Source of the DNA: a virus
Reading direction: 5' to 3' (one strand)
Virus record (IMG/VR): IMGVR_UViG_3300031088_000759
Length of the DNA: 22,439 bases
The position numbers and the translations under genes were made by a program. Below the pieces are notes generated by a model. It saw only the letters and a program-made list of their open reading frames with translations, made no database searches and was not told the origin of the DNA. Shown piece after piece: positions 8,716-17,436 of the stretch (the first letter of the stretch is position 1; each line of letters begins with the position of its first letter).

Positions 8716-10053
8716 ATGCGCAAAAAAGTTATTGTTGCAATTGTTAGTAGTTTTGTCGTTTTGTTAGGTCTCAGTGTAACAGCAGCAAGCTTTGCTTTTA
8801 CAGCGCCCGGTTTCCATGTTAACGGAACTGATGTTGGATTTTCTACACAGAAAAAGGCAATAGAAAAATTACACAATACACTATCTGAAACCCCGATTAC
8901 TGTTAATGATGTAGAATTCACTTATGAGGAATTAGGTGTTACCTACGATGATAAAGCCTTGCAGGATTTCTTAAACGAGAACAAAGCTTATAACGTGGAT
9001 TCTTGGAATACAGCATTGTCTCATAGTATTAAAATTGATGAATCAAAAATGAAAGAAGCAGTGTCAAAAAAACTTCCCAATTCATACAGTGAGCCTACTG
9101 ATGCTGATGTAGTGTTAAATGAGAATGGCGAGTCATGGGACGTTGTTGAAGGAAAAAATGGAACTATGCCAATTGTTGAAGATTTGCGTAAAAACATTGA
9201 AAAAGATTTAACAGCTACAAACATAACTGATGATGTAAAAAAGTATGAGCTTGTTCAAGACAGTATTGAACCTTCTATCACCACAAAAGAAGCTGAAGAG
9301 TTTACAGGAAAACTAAATACCATGGCCGATGATGCTGGTTATTATGAAGGTGATGAGAAGAAGCTTGATATATCTCGCAGTAGTTTTGCTGAATTAGTTG
9401 CTGTTGAAAAGACTGAGGATGGATTTGCTGTAGTTCCGCAGGAAGATAGCTTACGAAACTATGCGGAAACTGTTCCTGATGAAGTTAATACGAAAGTAGA
9501 CAACGGTTCAGCTGTTGTTGACGAAAATGGTAAAGTTCTCAAAACTTTGGATGAGTTTAATGATGGATATGAGTTTAATGATGTAAAAGGACTAACATCT
9601 CGAAGCATTGAACAATTATCAAAAGGTGAAGGTTCTAAGTTCCAGCTTCAAGGTAAAAAAGTTGAAGCAAAAGTTGACGAAAAATTCCGTAGAATTGATG
9701 TTGATTTGGATGCTCGTGAAGTCCGTACATATGAGAACGAAAAATTAGTGAAAACCTATAAAGTTGCGATTGGTAAACCAGCAACACCTACTGATAAAGG
9801 TAAGTTCAAAGTCTTCCACCAGACTAAAATGATGGATATGGGATGTACTCCTGCTTATGATTATTGTACAAAAGACGTTCCTTTTGCAACATTTTACAAT
9901 GGTGGTGAAGCTTTCCACGGAACATGGTGGCACAGTGATTTTGGTAATACGAACGCTTCTATGAGAAGTCATGGTTGTGTAAACATGACAATTAGTGATT
10001 CAGAAGAAATCTATTACTTTGCTCAAACAGGAACACCAGTTCATGTATTCTGA
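8716..10053 (+). CDS. Membrane-anchored L,D-transpeptidase (YkuD domain) with a PG-binding/VanW-N-like stalk
   Basis: N-terminal signal/TM segment. C-terminal RIDVDL..VAIGKPATPT..G.F..AFHGTWW..SHGCVNM..GTPV carries the catalytic His and Cys. GAGGAG RBS. Confidence 0.9.
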   Translation: MRKKVIVAIVSSFVVLLGLSVTAASFAFTAPGFHVNGTDVGFSTQKKAIEKLHNTLSETPITVNDVEFTYEELGVTYDDKALQDFLNENKAYNVDSWNTALSHSIKIDESKMKEAVSKKLPNSYSEPTDADVVLNENGESWDVVEGKNGTMPIVEDLRKNIEKDLTATNITDDVKKYELVQDSIEPSITTKEAEEFTGKLNTMADDAGYYEGDEKKLDISRSSFAELVAVEKTEDGFAVVPQEDSLRNYAETVPDEVNTKVDNGSAVVDENGKVLKTLDEFNDGYEFNDVKGLTSRSIEQLSKGEGSKFQLQGKKVEAKVDEKFRRIDVDLDAREVRTYENEKLVKTYKVAIGKPATPTDKGKFKVFHQTKMMDMGCTPAYDYCTKDVPFATFYNGGEAFHGTWWHSDFGNTNASMRSHGCVNMTISDSEEIYYFAQTGTPVHVF

Positions 10054-10065
10054 AAACCAATGATT

Positions 10066-10127
10066 AATGCCGTAGAACAACACCTGGGCCACTGCCTGAA
10101 AGCGTCCAGGTGTTGTTCTACGGCATT
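10066..10127. terminator. Terminator-like hairpin, 22-bp perfect stem
   Basis: 10066-10087 is the reverse complement of 10106-10127, between convergent genes. Confidence 0.75.
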
Positions 10128-10207
10128 TTGAGGTATCTAAGCTATCTTTATCCTAATAGAGAGTTTAACGCTCTTATATGTCCGTTAATCGCTTTTAAGA
10201 GTAAACC

Positions 10208-10645
10208 TCAACTAGCCCTCTTCTTTGTTGTTGTGAGAGAAGTGTTCTCATAGTATTGTCCTTCTAAGAATCCTTGTCGAATGTAGTTATAACCACCATC
10301 AACAAAAACATTGCCACATGAGCATTCTTGAAAATCATGACGACTGATAGACTTTACAGTTGTCTCACACTTATAGCATTTTGCGGAATTTTCCAAAATT
10401 ACAGGATTTCCCTTGTTGTATGAATAATCATCAGGGTCAGGAATAAGAGTACCATCAGGGAATTCTCTTAGCATATTAACACCTGTAAAAACTAGCGGAA
10501 AATCCCTAAAATCATGATCACTAGGGTTATGGATAGGGCAGAATTCACCTAAACAAGTTCCCACAAGATGGACATTTTCGATAATTTGCCCGCTGCTCAA
10601 CTTAAAACTAGAGTTACCTAAAAATTCTACTGAAATATTTGCCAT
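10208..10645 (-). CDS. Cys/His-rich putative zinc-binding hypothetical protein (two modules)
   Basis: CLGEFCPIHNPSDH module plus CYKC..S.SRHDF..CSCG.VFVDGG..Y.R module. ATG 10645 follows AAGGTG; alternative GTG at 10654. Confidence 0.75.
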   Translation of the reverse strand: MANISVEFLGNSSFKLSSGQIIENVHLVGTCLGEFCPIHNPSDHDFRDFPLVFTGVNMLREFPDGTLIPDPDDYSYNKGNPVILENSAKCYKCETTVKSISRHDFQECSCGNVFVDGGYNYIRQGFLEGQYYENTSLTTTKKRAS

Positions 10646-10681
10646 TACCGTCACCTTATCTTTTAAAATTTTATATTAAGA

Positions 10682-10710
10682 ATAATACAGTCCAATACGT
10701 AGTTTGTCAA
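10682..10710 (-). promoter_or_regulatory. sigma70/SigA-type promoter
   Basis: TTGACA-N17-TATTAT on the minus strand. Confidence 0.7.
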
Positions 10711-10715
10711 CAATG

Positions 10716-10767
10716 CAAATAGTAGAACCGCAATAATGAGTTTATGTTATTGCGGTTCTACTATTTG
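10716..10767 (-). terminator. Terminator-like hairpin, 21-bp perfect stem
   Basis: 10716-10736 / 10747-10767, directly after the stop at 10778. Confidence 0.75.
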
Positions 10768-10777
10768 TCAGGTTTTA

Positions 10778-12001
10778 TCAAGCGTATTGTGTATCTCCAC
10801 GTTCGGCTTTTTGTTTATTAATCTCGGCTCTGTTTTCACGACTCTTAGCTGCAGATCTAGCCACACTTGGATAATCATTCTCTAATTTATTGAATAATTT
10901 AGAATCAGTATTGTCTTTATCATATAATAAATTAAATGCGTCCCCACGATCTATTGAGTAGTCTTTATCATAGGACATTCTGATACGTGTAGCAGCTGCG
11001 GATGCTTTAATAGAAGGATCATGTTGATTATTATCTTCCATAGCAAGAGAAATTCTATCTAAACGATGAGCAAGATCTATTCCAGCTGTATCTTGTTTAG
11101 CATATTCCATAATTTTGTTAAAAGGTTCTTTTTTGATCAATAAACCATTTTCAGCATCATTCATAACAGCTCGTGCAGATGCACGAATTACAGATGGTGA
11201 TACTGGATTGTTAGATATACGGTTTTTATCACGTTTGACTTTGACATTTGAACCATTTCCCAAAATTCCCTCATGTCCGTCAGCATAAGTGACTTTTAAT
11301 TCTGTGTTCATGTTTATATCCACAAATGGTTCAATTTTGACAATCTCTGCTGAATCATCTTCAACCCATTTTCCTGAATTAGTGAATTTTTCACCTGTGA
11401 TGATGTCACCAACGCGCAATGTACGAGCTTTTGTCTCAATTGTTTCGCGCTGAATAGTAAACTCATTTGCTTTTTCTTGTGCTGCCTTTTCTTCGGATCG
11501 CTTTTTGAGCTCTTTTCTAGCGTCAGGATTAGCAAGAACATCATTGATATACTTACTGCGCAAATTATCTAAATGATCAGATGGTATTTCTCCATAGCCA
11601 GATGCAATGTTTTCATCAAAGTATGCCTCTGCCAACACAGTAGCGTTTTTATCGGATTCTTCTTGAAGTCTTGCAGTATAACCTTTCGCAAAAGCGTCAT
11701 GTTGATTAGCATATTTTAGAAGTGCATCAGGATCATGCCTAGTCAATGCTTCCTCAGCGTGTTCTCTGCCCTTTTGGCGCTCTTTTTGAGCGGGGGTTAA
11801 CTTCTTAGGCTTATTTGCGCTTTTGACAACTTTTGCTGTTGCACCATATTCTTCTGTCATCTTTGTTTCAGCATAAACTTTTGCTTCAGCCTTAGTTTCA
11901 AAGTGAGGTGGCTCTTGACCATCAACAGCAAAATCGCACTTAATTTGTGCTTTACAAATGTTAGGTCTACCTGATTCTGGATTAACATGATATCTTGTCA
12001 T
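10778..12001 (-). CDS. Hypothetical multidomain protein with N-terminal HCCH module
   Basis: 407 aa. Starts RYH..GRPNICKA..C..HF..EAKVYAE, with a central beta-rich ARTLRVGDII...LKVTYADG segment. GGAG RBS. Confidence 0.85.
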   Translation of the reverse strand: MTRYHVNPESGRPNICKAQIKCDFAVDGQEPPHFETKAEAKVYAETKMTEEYGATAKVVKSANKPKKLTPAQKERQKGREHAEEALTRHDPDALLKYANQHDAFAKGYTARLQEESDKNATVLAEAYFDENIASGYGEIPSDHLDNLRSKYINDVLANPDARKELKKRSEEKAAQEKANEFTIQRETIETKARTLRVGDIITGEKFTNSGKWVEDDSAEIVKIEPFVDINMNTELKVTYADGHEGILGNGSNVKVKRDKNRISNNPVSPSVIRASARAVMNDAENGLLIKKEPFNKIMEYAKQDTAGIDLAHRLDRISLAMEDNNQHDPSIKASAAATRIRMSYDKDYSIDRGDAFNLLYDKDNTDSKLFNKLENDYPSVARSAAKSRENRAEINKQKAERGDTQYA

Positions 12002-12065
12002 TTTTTATACTCCAATACTTGAATAATAAATATTTATCAAGTATATTTCTAACAAGAAAACTAAA

Positions 12066-12374
12066 TTACATTAACTGCAGAATTGTCTTTTCAGCGTCAA
12101 GGTTTACTTCAAAAACACCATCATATTCTTTTTTCAGAACATCAAAATTGCTCATATTAATGGTTTCGCAAGTTTTTTGAGAACTCCAAAACTCGTATTC
12201 ATTAGTTACTGAATTATAATGATACCCATTATTCTCATGTCCTTGATCAATGATTTTGTAAATATCTAGCTTCTCTGTATGGAACAATTTTTCCAAAAAA
12301 GAAAAAGCATGACCATGAACAGTGGTGAATATTTTTGATTCATCTTTCGCGTAAAACAAAATAATTTTTGACAT
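12066..12374 (-). CDS. Hypothetical protein
   Basis: 102-aa ORF with AGGA RBS. Confidence 0.7.
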   Translation of the reverse strand: MSKIILFYAKDESKIFTTVHGHAFSFLEKLFHTEKLDIYKIIDQGHENNGYHYNSVTNEYEFWSSQKTCETINMSNFDVLKKEYDGVFEVNLDAEKTILQLM

Positions 12375-12539
12375 AATTATTTCCTATATTTTTAGTGGTT
12401 TAACTGACAATATCACTAATAATACGGGAAATAAGTTCTTTAAATCAATAAAAAGTGATGAGCAGCATACAATTAGAATAACGCTACAATAAAGGATGTA
12501 GTCTTAAACAATTTACTTACTCTTTTTTGGCACTCTCTA

Positions 12540-12890
12540 TCAGAGAGAATTTTTATTAAAAATATAATTATGCAGCTCTTCACTCTGTTTTTGCTGATTT
12601 CTCGGAACTATTTTGATAAGTTCAACATATTCATTATAGTTCTTGTTGATTACCGCATCATATGCGATAATGAATATGTTGACTACTATTGCTAAGACTA
12701 ACAAGCTTATGAAAAGGGCAATTGGTGTCATAGCTGTCCATGCTGGAATAGTATCAGCAAGCCCAAAAAATCCTATAATAGTCCCAAATGTCAAAGTAGC
12801 AAGAATGCTTAGTCCAAATAATATAGATGCTATTATAAGAACTATTTTAGAACTTTGAGTGAACCCGTTCTCCATGAATTTAAAAGTCAT
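12540..12890 (-). CDS. Hypothetical membrane protein (2 TM)
   Basis: 116 aa with two long hydrophobic helices. Confidence 0.75.
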   Translation of the reverse strand: MTFKFMENGFTQSSKIVLIIASILFGLSILATLTFGTIIGFFGLADTIPAWTAMTPIALFISLLVLAIVVNIFIIAYDAVINKNYNEYVELIKIVPRNQQKQSEELHNYIFNKNSL

Positions 12891-12950
12891 TGTATAACCG
12901 TTTCTGTAATAATGAGATAGTACTTTCCCTGACTATTTTAACAAAGAAAA

Positions 12951-13211
12951 TTATTCTTTTTCTAAAAGTTTCTTAGGGTCCATGTACGGAGTGCTATGAT
13001 CAACAAATGTTGTTAAATCATCGCTAATTTGAACTTCGGGTGGAACTCCTGCACGAGTGTATGAGATATTTCTTTTCTCGCAACTAACACACTTTCGATG
13101 TGAAGAATAGTGGATTCTCCAAGGCTCATTTTTCTCAAACCTGTACTTTGACACATCATAGCCTATGTGTTGCCATTTATGAAAACCTAAACCACATAAT
13201 AATATTCTCAT
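12951..13211 (-). CDS. Small DUF1660-like phage Cys/His protein
   Basis: MRILLCGLGFHKW...RKCVSC motif. GAGGGA RBS precedes ATG 13211; the track's longer start lies inside the secY terminator. Confidence 0.7.
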   Translation of the reverse strand: MRILLCGLGFHKWQHIGYDVSKYRFEKNEPWRIHYSSHRKCVSCEKRNISYTRAGVPPEVQISDDLTTFVDHSTPYMDPKKLLEKE

Positions 13212-13271
13212 TATTCCCTCACTTTTTATAATTATAGTTATCACCAAAGACATTCTATCATGGTTTTGCGA

Positions 13272-13318
13272 AAAAGAAAAGCAAGACACTTTCGAATTTT
13301 GTGTCTTGCTTTTCTTTT
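13272..13318 (-). terminator. Terminator after secY, 18-bp inverted repeat with A/U tails
   Basis: 13272-13289 / 13301-13318. Confidence 0.8.
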
Positions 13319-13335
13319 AATAATTAATTTTTAGG

Positions 13336-14580
13336 TCAGTAGAGCATTGACTGATGCTTACCTTTGAACCTTTCACTATCAACCGCTGCTATGAAGGTTG
13401 TCACAACTGTTCCAAGAATAATAATACTTGTAGCAGCAAAAGTGTTATTATTAATACCTAATAGTGGCAATGCGATGAAAGTACCAATACTGATTAGGGA
13501 CAAGTAAACAGCATCTAGAACTGCCATACGATTACCCAGCATTGTCAAATAATTGCGCGTTTCTTTACCGGGTCTTTGTCCATCAATAAAGCCACCTTGA
13601 CTGCTTAGTTCTGTGGAGATTCTTTCTACGTCAAAGACCATTTTAATTGAGAAGAATGTGAACAAAATTGTTAACAATACGAATACTCCGATGAAGGGTA
13701 TTGATCCGTATACCATATAACCTGCTACTGTAAGAACCCAATCTTTCGGATAGAATTGCGAAAGCATCGTAGGTAGCATTGCTAATGTACTAGCGAAGAT
13801 TACTGGAAGAACACCAGCAATGGCAACTTTGATAGGCAGCATTGATGCCTGTGTTGAGCGAGAAACATTATGTGCGCTCTTGGTGTATACGATGGGAACA
13901 CGCAGTTCGCTTTTTTCAACATATAGGATAAACCCAAGAACAAGAATGAGAAGACCACCAAAAATGAGAGCCATTTGTGTTCCCTGTGAGTTATATGTTT
14001 GTATAATCAATCCTGGAAGAGTAACTAGGATAGAAGTAAAGATAACAAGTGAAACACCATTCCCGATTCCTCGCAAAGTTATTTCTTCACCGATTCTCAT
14101 AGCAAGAATAGCACCTATAACCATAGTAAGAATTCCTACAATCATAGCAAATATTGAATCTGTAAGGAAAACGTCAAATCCCATAAGGGCTGGAGCACCA
14201 ATAACAATACCAATAGACTGAGTAAGCGCTAGTGGAATAGTTAGGTAACGTGTCCATTGAGTTATTTTTTGCCTATCAGCATCATTCTTGTACATTTCAT
14301 TGATTTTTGGAACAACTACTTTAAGAAGCTGCATAATAATAGATGCTGTAATATATGGCATCACACCTAAGGATAGAACACCTAATTGTGTCAGCGATCC
14401 ACCAACCATTGTAGTAGCAAATAACAAATTATTTATGCTAGGGTTAGAAACAAAGTTTTCGAAAGCTTCTGCATTAATAAAGGGAATGGGAATGCTCACA
14501 CCAATCCTATACAGAATAATCATAGCCACTACAAAAATGAGCTTCTCTTTTAAGCCCCAATCTTTACGACGATTAGCCAT
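13336..14580 (-). CDS. secY: Preprotein translocase subunit SecY (divergent, 414 aa)
   Basis: Motifs YRIG..IP.P, LGVMPYITASIIMQLL, KITQWTRYLT, GEEIT.RGIGNGVSL.IF, LPIK...GVLPVIFA, GGFI.G.RPG.ET..YL; about 10 TM segments. Start MANRRK at 14580 with AGGAGG RBS, overlapping the upstream TGA. Confidence 0.95.
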   Translation of the reverse strand: MANRRKDWGLKEKLIFVVAMIILYRIGVSIPIPFINAEAFENFVSNPSINNLLFATTMVGGSLTQLGVLSLGVMPYITASIIMQLLKVVVPKINEMYKNDADRQKITQWTRYLTIPLALTQSIGIVIGAPALMGFDVFLTDSIFAMIVGILTMVIGAILAMRIGEEITLRGIGNGVSLVIFTSILVTLPGLIIQTYNSQGTQMALIFGGLLILVLGFILYVEKSELRVPIVYTKSAHNVSRSTQASMLPIKVAIAGVLPVIFASTLAMLPTMLSQFYPKDWVLTVAGYMVYGSIPFIGVFVLLTILFTFFSIKMVFDVERISTELSSQGGFIDGQRPGKETRNYLTMLGNRMAVLDAVYLSLISIGTFIALPLLGINNNTFAATSIIILGTVVTTFIAAVDSERFKGKHQSMLY

Positions 14581-15071
14581 CAGTACAGTCCTCCTAAGAA
14601 CATTGGTGAGAATAAGCACAACAGAAGGAAGAGTAATCCAACTATTAAGGTAAATTTAGAAATCTTTTTTATAGCACCAGCAATACTTCCCTGATACTGA
14701 GAGCCGCTTCCTAGCAATGAAGTAAGCCCGTCACTGCTGCCTTGCTGAAATAGAACTCCAATTACAGACAGGAGACCGGTAAGACCCAGAGCACCTATAT
14801 ACCAATAACCCAAAGTTTTAGACTCAACTATTTCAGGCAACAATCCTTGAAGGCCGAAAGTAGCTTGTAATAACCCATAATCAATAAGAGCAAGAATAAC
14901 GGCAAAAATGACAACGATTAAAACAACGCGCCAGAAACTATTCCACCATTCTTTTACAGAGGGAACACGAACTTTTCTTACGGTACTCCAAAAATCATTA
15001 AGATTTTTCTTCAGTGATTTAATAGGCGAAACTTTTTTCACACTACTTTCACTAACTGTTTTATTATTCAA
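14580..15071 (-). CDS. secE-secG: Fused SecE-SecG translocon subunit
   Basis: N-half FWSTVRKVRVPSVKEWW...VVLIVVIFAVILALIDYGL fits SecE (K-V-x-x-P-x3-E, TM, D). C-half VLFQQGSSDGLTSLLGSGS...IKKISKFTLIVGLLF fits SecG. TTG start after GAGGA. Confidence 0.8.
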   Translation of the reverse strand: MNNKTVSESSVKKVSPIKSLKKNLNDFWSTVRKVRVPSVKEWWNSFWRVVLIVVIFAVILALIDYGLLQATFGLQGLLPEIVESKTLGYWYIGALGLTGLLSVIGVLFQQGSSDGLTSLLGSGSQYQGSIAGAIKKISKFTLIVGLLFLLLCLFSPMFLGGLY

Positions 15072-15194
15072 AACACATTCCTCACTTCGAAATATACATT
15101 AGCAACATACAATAATATCTTAACCAAAAAGTTTTGAAATAAATTAACTTTTTAGATAAAACAAAACGTTAACCGTATTTTTGATAATTCTATC

Positions 15195-15914
15195 TTATTC
15201 AAGAAAAGAATTATCAAAAGCAGAAGCCCATTCATCAGATGTAGAAGGATAATATTTGTCAAAGTTTCCCCAACCAACAGGATCTACGAGAATAGTTCTT
15301 CCCTGAGAATAAACATACCAATCAGCAACAGGATAAACATTGCCACTTGTTCCAGCGTAAATTACAACATCTGACCATTTAACAAGCTCTAATGCTTTGT
15401 CAAGATTTTTCAACCTCTCACCAAACAAAACAATATCAGGTCGAATTCTACCAGAATAGGTTAATGAAGATTCCACTCCACTGTTATCATGTGCTTTTTT
15501 ATTGTCATTTTTAGACTCAAACGGAGCAACAATATCACCATTAATGTTCTGTAACAGATCTGCAGAAAAAGTGTTATCAGAAGTAGCTTTTAACCTTCTC
15601 CATTTCAATAGAGAACCATGAATTTCAACAACTTTTTGAGAACCTGCTTTTTGATGTAAACCATCTACATTCTGAGTAACAACGTTCCATTCTTTTTCGG
15701 CAACTAAACGATGAAAATCCGTAGGTTCAGCATTCTTCATCGTAGTCAACAAGTCTAGCCACTTTGGTTTCAGATAATCTAAATGATTGCCATATTCTTT
15801 GGCATGACTATATTTATGAAATTTTTCATCATGCCATAAAGAATTTTGCGCACGATAAGTAGGTATTCCAGCAGAAGCACTAACTCCAGCGCCGGTAATA
15901 ACTGTAATCATCAT
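15195..15914 (-). CDS. cobB: Sir2/CobB-family NAD-dependent deacylase
   Basis: TGAGVSASAGIPTYR, TQNVDGLHQKAGS, EIHGS, RPDIVLFGE, GTSGNVYP. Start is probably ATG 15914 or 15911. Confidence 0.9.
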   Translation of the reverse strand: MMITVITGAGVSASAGIPTYRAQNSLWHDEKFHKYSHAKEYGNHLDYLKPKWLDLLTTMKNAEPTDFHRLVAEKEWNVVTQNVDGLHQKAGSQKVVEIHGSLLKWRRLKATSDNTFSADLLQNINGDIVAPFESKNDNKKAHDNSGVESSLTYSGRIRPDIVLFGERLKNLDKALELVKWSDVVIYAGTSGNVYPVADWYVYSQGRTILVDPVGWGNFDKYYPSTSDEWASAFDNSFLE

Positions 15915-16051
15915 AATTATTCTTTCTATTGTTAAACTTAACATAGCCCTAAAACATTATATCATAAACAATCGTATTCCGAAATAGACAAAATTTAGTC
16001 ACCATTCAAAAGATATTTTCATAAACTATTGCAACTAGGAAAGTACATACC

Positions 16052-17170
16052 ATGCTTAAAGAATTCCAGCGAATTGAAGCGTTTGACTTAGCGCGATTTA
16101 TTGCCTTGCTAGGAATCATCCTTAACCACACTTTACAAAGTAAAACGTTTGACCCTTTTATTCAAACTATGCAAGATTATCATGCTGTTCTTTTTGTATT
16201 GTTAATGGGTTTCTTCGCTCCTAAAAAAGAATCTTCTATGAAAAAAATATTCATCAAAGGATTCGTTCTCATAGGTGTTGGATTTGCGTTAGGTTCAGCA
16301 AGCATTGCAATTGACGTTATTCTTGTCAACTTAGGAATAATATTTATCGTAGGTTCTCTTATTGTCAGAACTATAAATAAAACGAAATATTTAATCATTC
16401 TAGCTTTAACATGGATGATACTTTCACCAATTCTTAGTGTGATTCTACGTAGAAAATTCGAAGAAGCAGTTACTCCAGAATCAATGAACTTCGGGACACT
16501 CATGATACAACATGCTCCTGAACAATTATTCGTTCATCCCTTTCTTTACTCACATTATCCAGTTTTACAGTGGATATCTTTCTTCTTTGTCGGAGCTATC
16601 CTGTCAAGAATCCTTATGAATCATAAAAATGTTTATGAAAGTTCTTTGTATGATTCGATGGACAAGTCTGTTATTAAAAAAATGACAATAACAGGGTTTT
16701 TGTTTTTTGTAAGTGCAAAGATAGTCTCGTTGCTGTTGGGTGGTGAGTTATGGAAAATGGACAATGGTTTTAGCAATGCTTACCAATGGAGCGATTTATC
16801 AAATTCAGGAGCTTATACAGGAACAACTTTGGGAATGATATCATCAATCGGAATTGGCTTGATTATTATAGCTTTGTGCATGTGGTTGACAAGTTTTAAA
16901 AAGGTAGATAAAAACGGGGGCACTCAAAGTGTAATACATGTTACACCTTACTTGTCAGGAGCTACATTATCCTTGTATGCAATCCATGTATATTCTTTCA
17001 CTGTTGTTCCACCTGATCTTTTGAAAGATGATGTAAAAGTTGTCTTATTGCTGATAGCTACTATTGTTCTGCTTGCCGTTTGTGCTTTAGTGTGGAGCAA
17101 AATTGGCAAGCGTTTTAATTTTACAAAACCAGGGCCATTAGAAGAATTTATGTTTTATTTGGCTAAATAG
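16052..17170 (+). CDS. Multi-TM acyltransferase-like protein (DUF418/DUF1624, HGSNAT-like)
   Basis: RI..FDLAR.IALLG...NH at the N-terminus, LFVLLMG, YPVLQW..FF.VG, TLSLY.IH; about 10 TM segments. Confidence 0.75.
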   Translation: MLKEFQRIEAFDLARFIALLGIILNHTLQSKTFDPFIQTMQDYHAVLFVLLMGFFAPKKESSMKKIFIKGFVLIGVGFALGSASIAIDVILVNLGIIFIVGSLIVRTINKTKYLIILALTWMILSPILSVILRRKFEEAVTPESMNFGTLMIQHAPEQLFVHPFLYSHYPVLQWISFFFVGAILSRILMNHKNVYESSLYDSMDKSVIKKMTITGFLFFVSAKIVSLLLGGELWKMDNGFSNAYQWSDLSNSGAYTGTTLGMISSIGIGLIIIALCMWLTSFKKVDKNGGTQSVIHVTPYLSGATLSLYAIHVYSFTVVPPDLLKDDVKVVLLLIATIVLLAVCALVWSKIGKRFNFTKPGPLEEFMFYLAK

Positions 17171-17382
17171 TTATTAAACGATAATTAGCAACTATTTTCT
17201 TGTTGTTTAAACCTCTTAAAACGGCTTAAAAAAGAACCCCCAAATTAACTCGATATAGACGCTGTTTTTTAGGGTCTTTTTTTGAAGAAATATGATAATT
17301 TTTCTAAAAAGTCAATTTTAGATAAGGGGTCCTGAAATCTTTAAAAATTTGGGGAAAGAGGCTCAGGGCAAAAATGAAGAAT

Positions 17383-17422
17383 AAATTAATACCCAACAAA
17401 ACAACAAGTTGGGTATTAATTT
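17383..17422 (-). terminator. Terminator-like hairpin, 15-bp stem
   Basis: 17383-17397 / 17408-17422, just after the stop at 17437. Confidence 0.65.
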
Positions 17423-17436
17423 TATTAAGGTTTAAA

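Noticed and set aside
11230-11440. Intein/Hint domain suggested by ARTLRVGDII
   Set aside because: No N-terminal Cys block, TxxH motif or terminal HN. A small beta-barrel module is more likely.
14581-14619. Extended secY N-terminus given by the ORF track
   Set aside because: The ATG at 14580 has an AGGAGG RBS and couples with the secEG stop, making it the better start.
13820-14653. Plus-strand ORFs 13820..14221 and 14288..14653
   Set aside because: Antisense shadows of secY with no family motifs.
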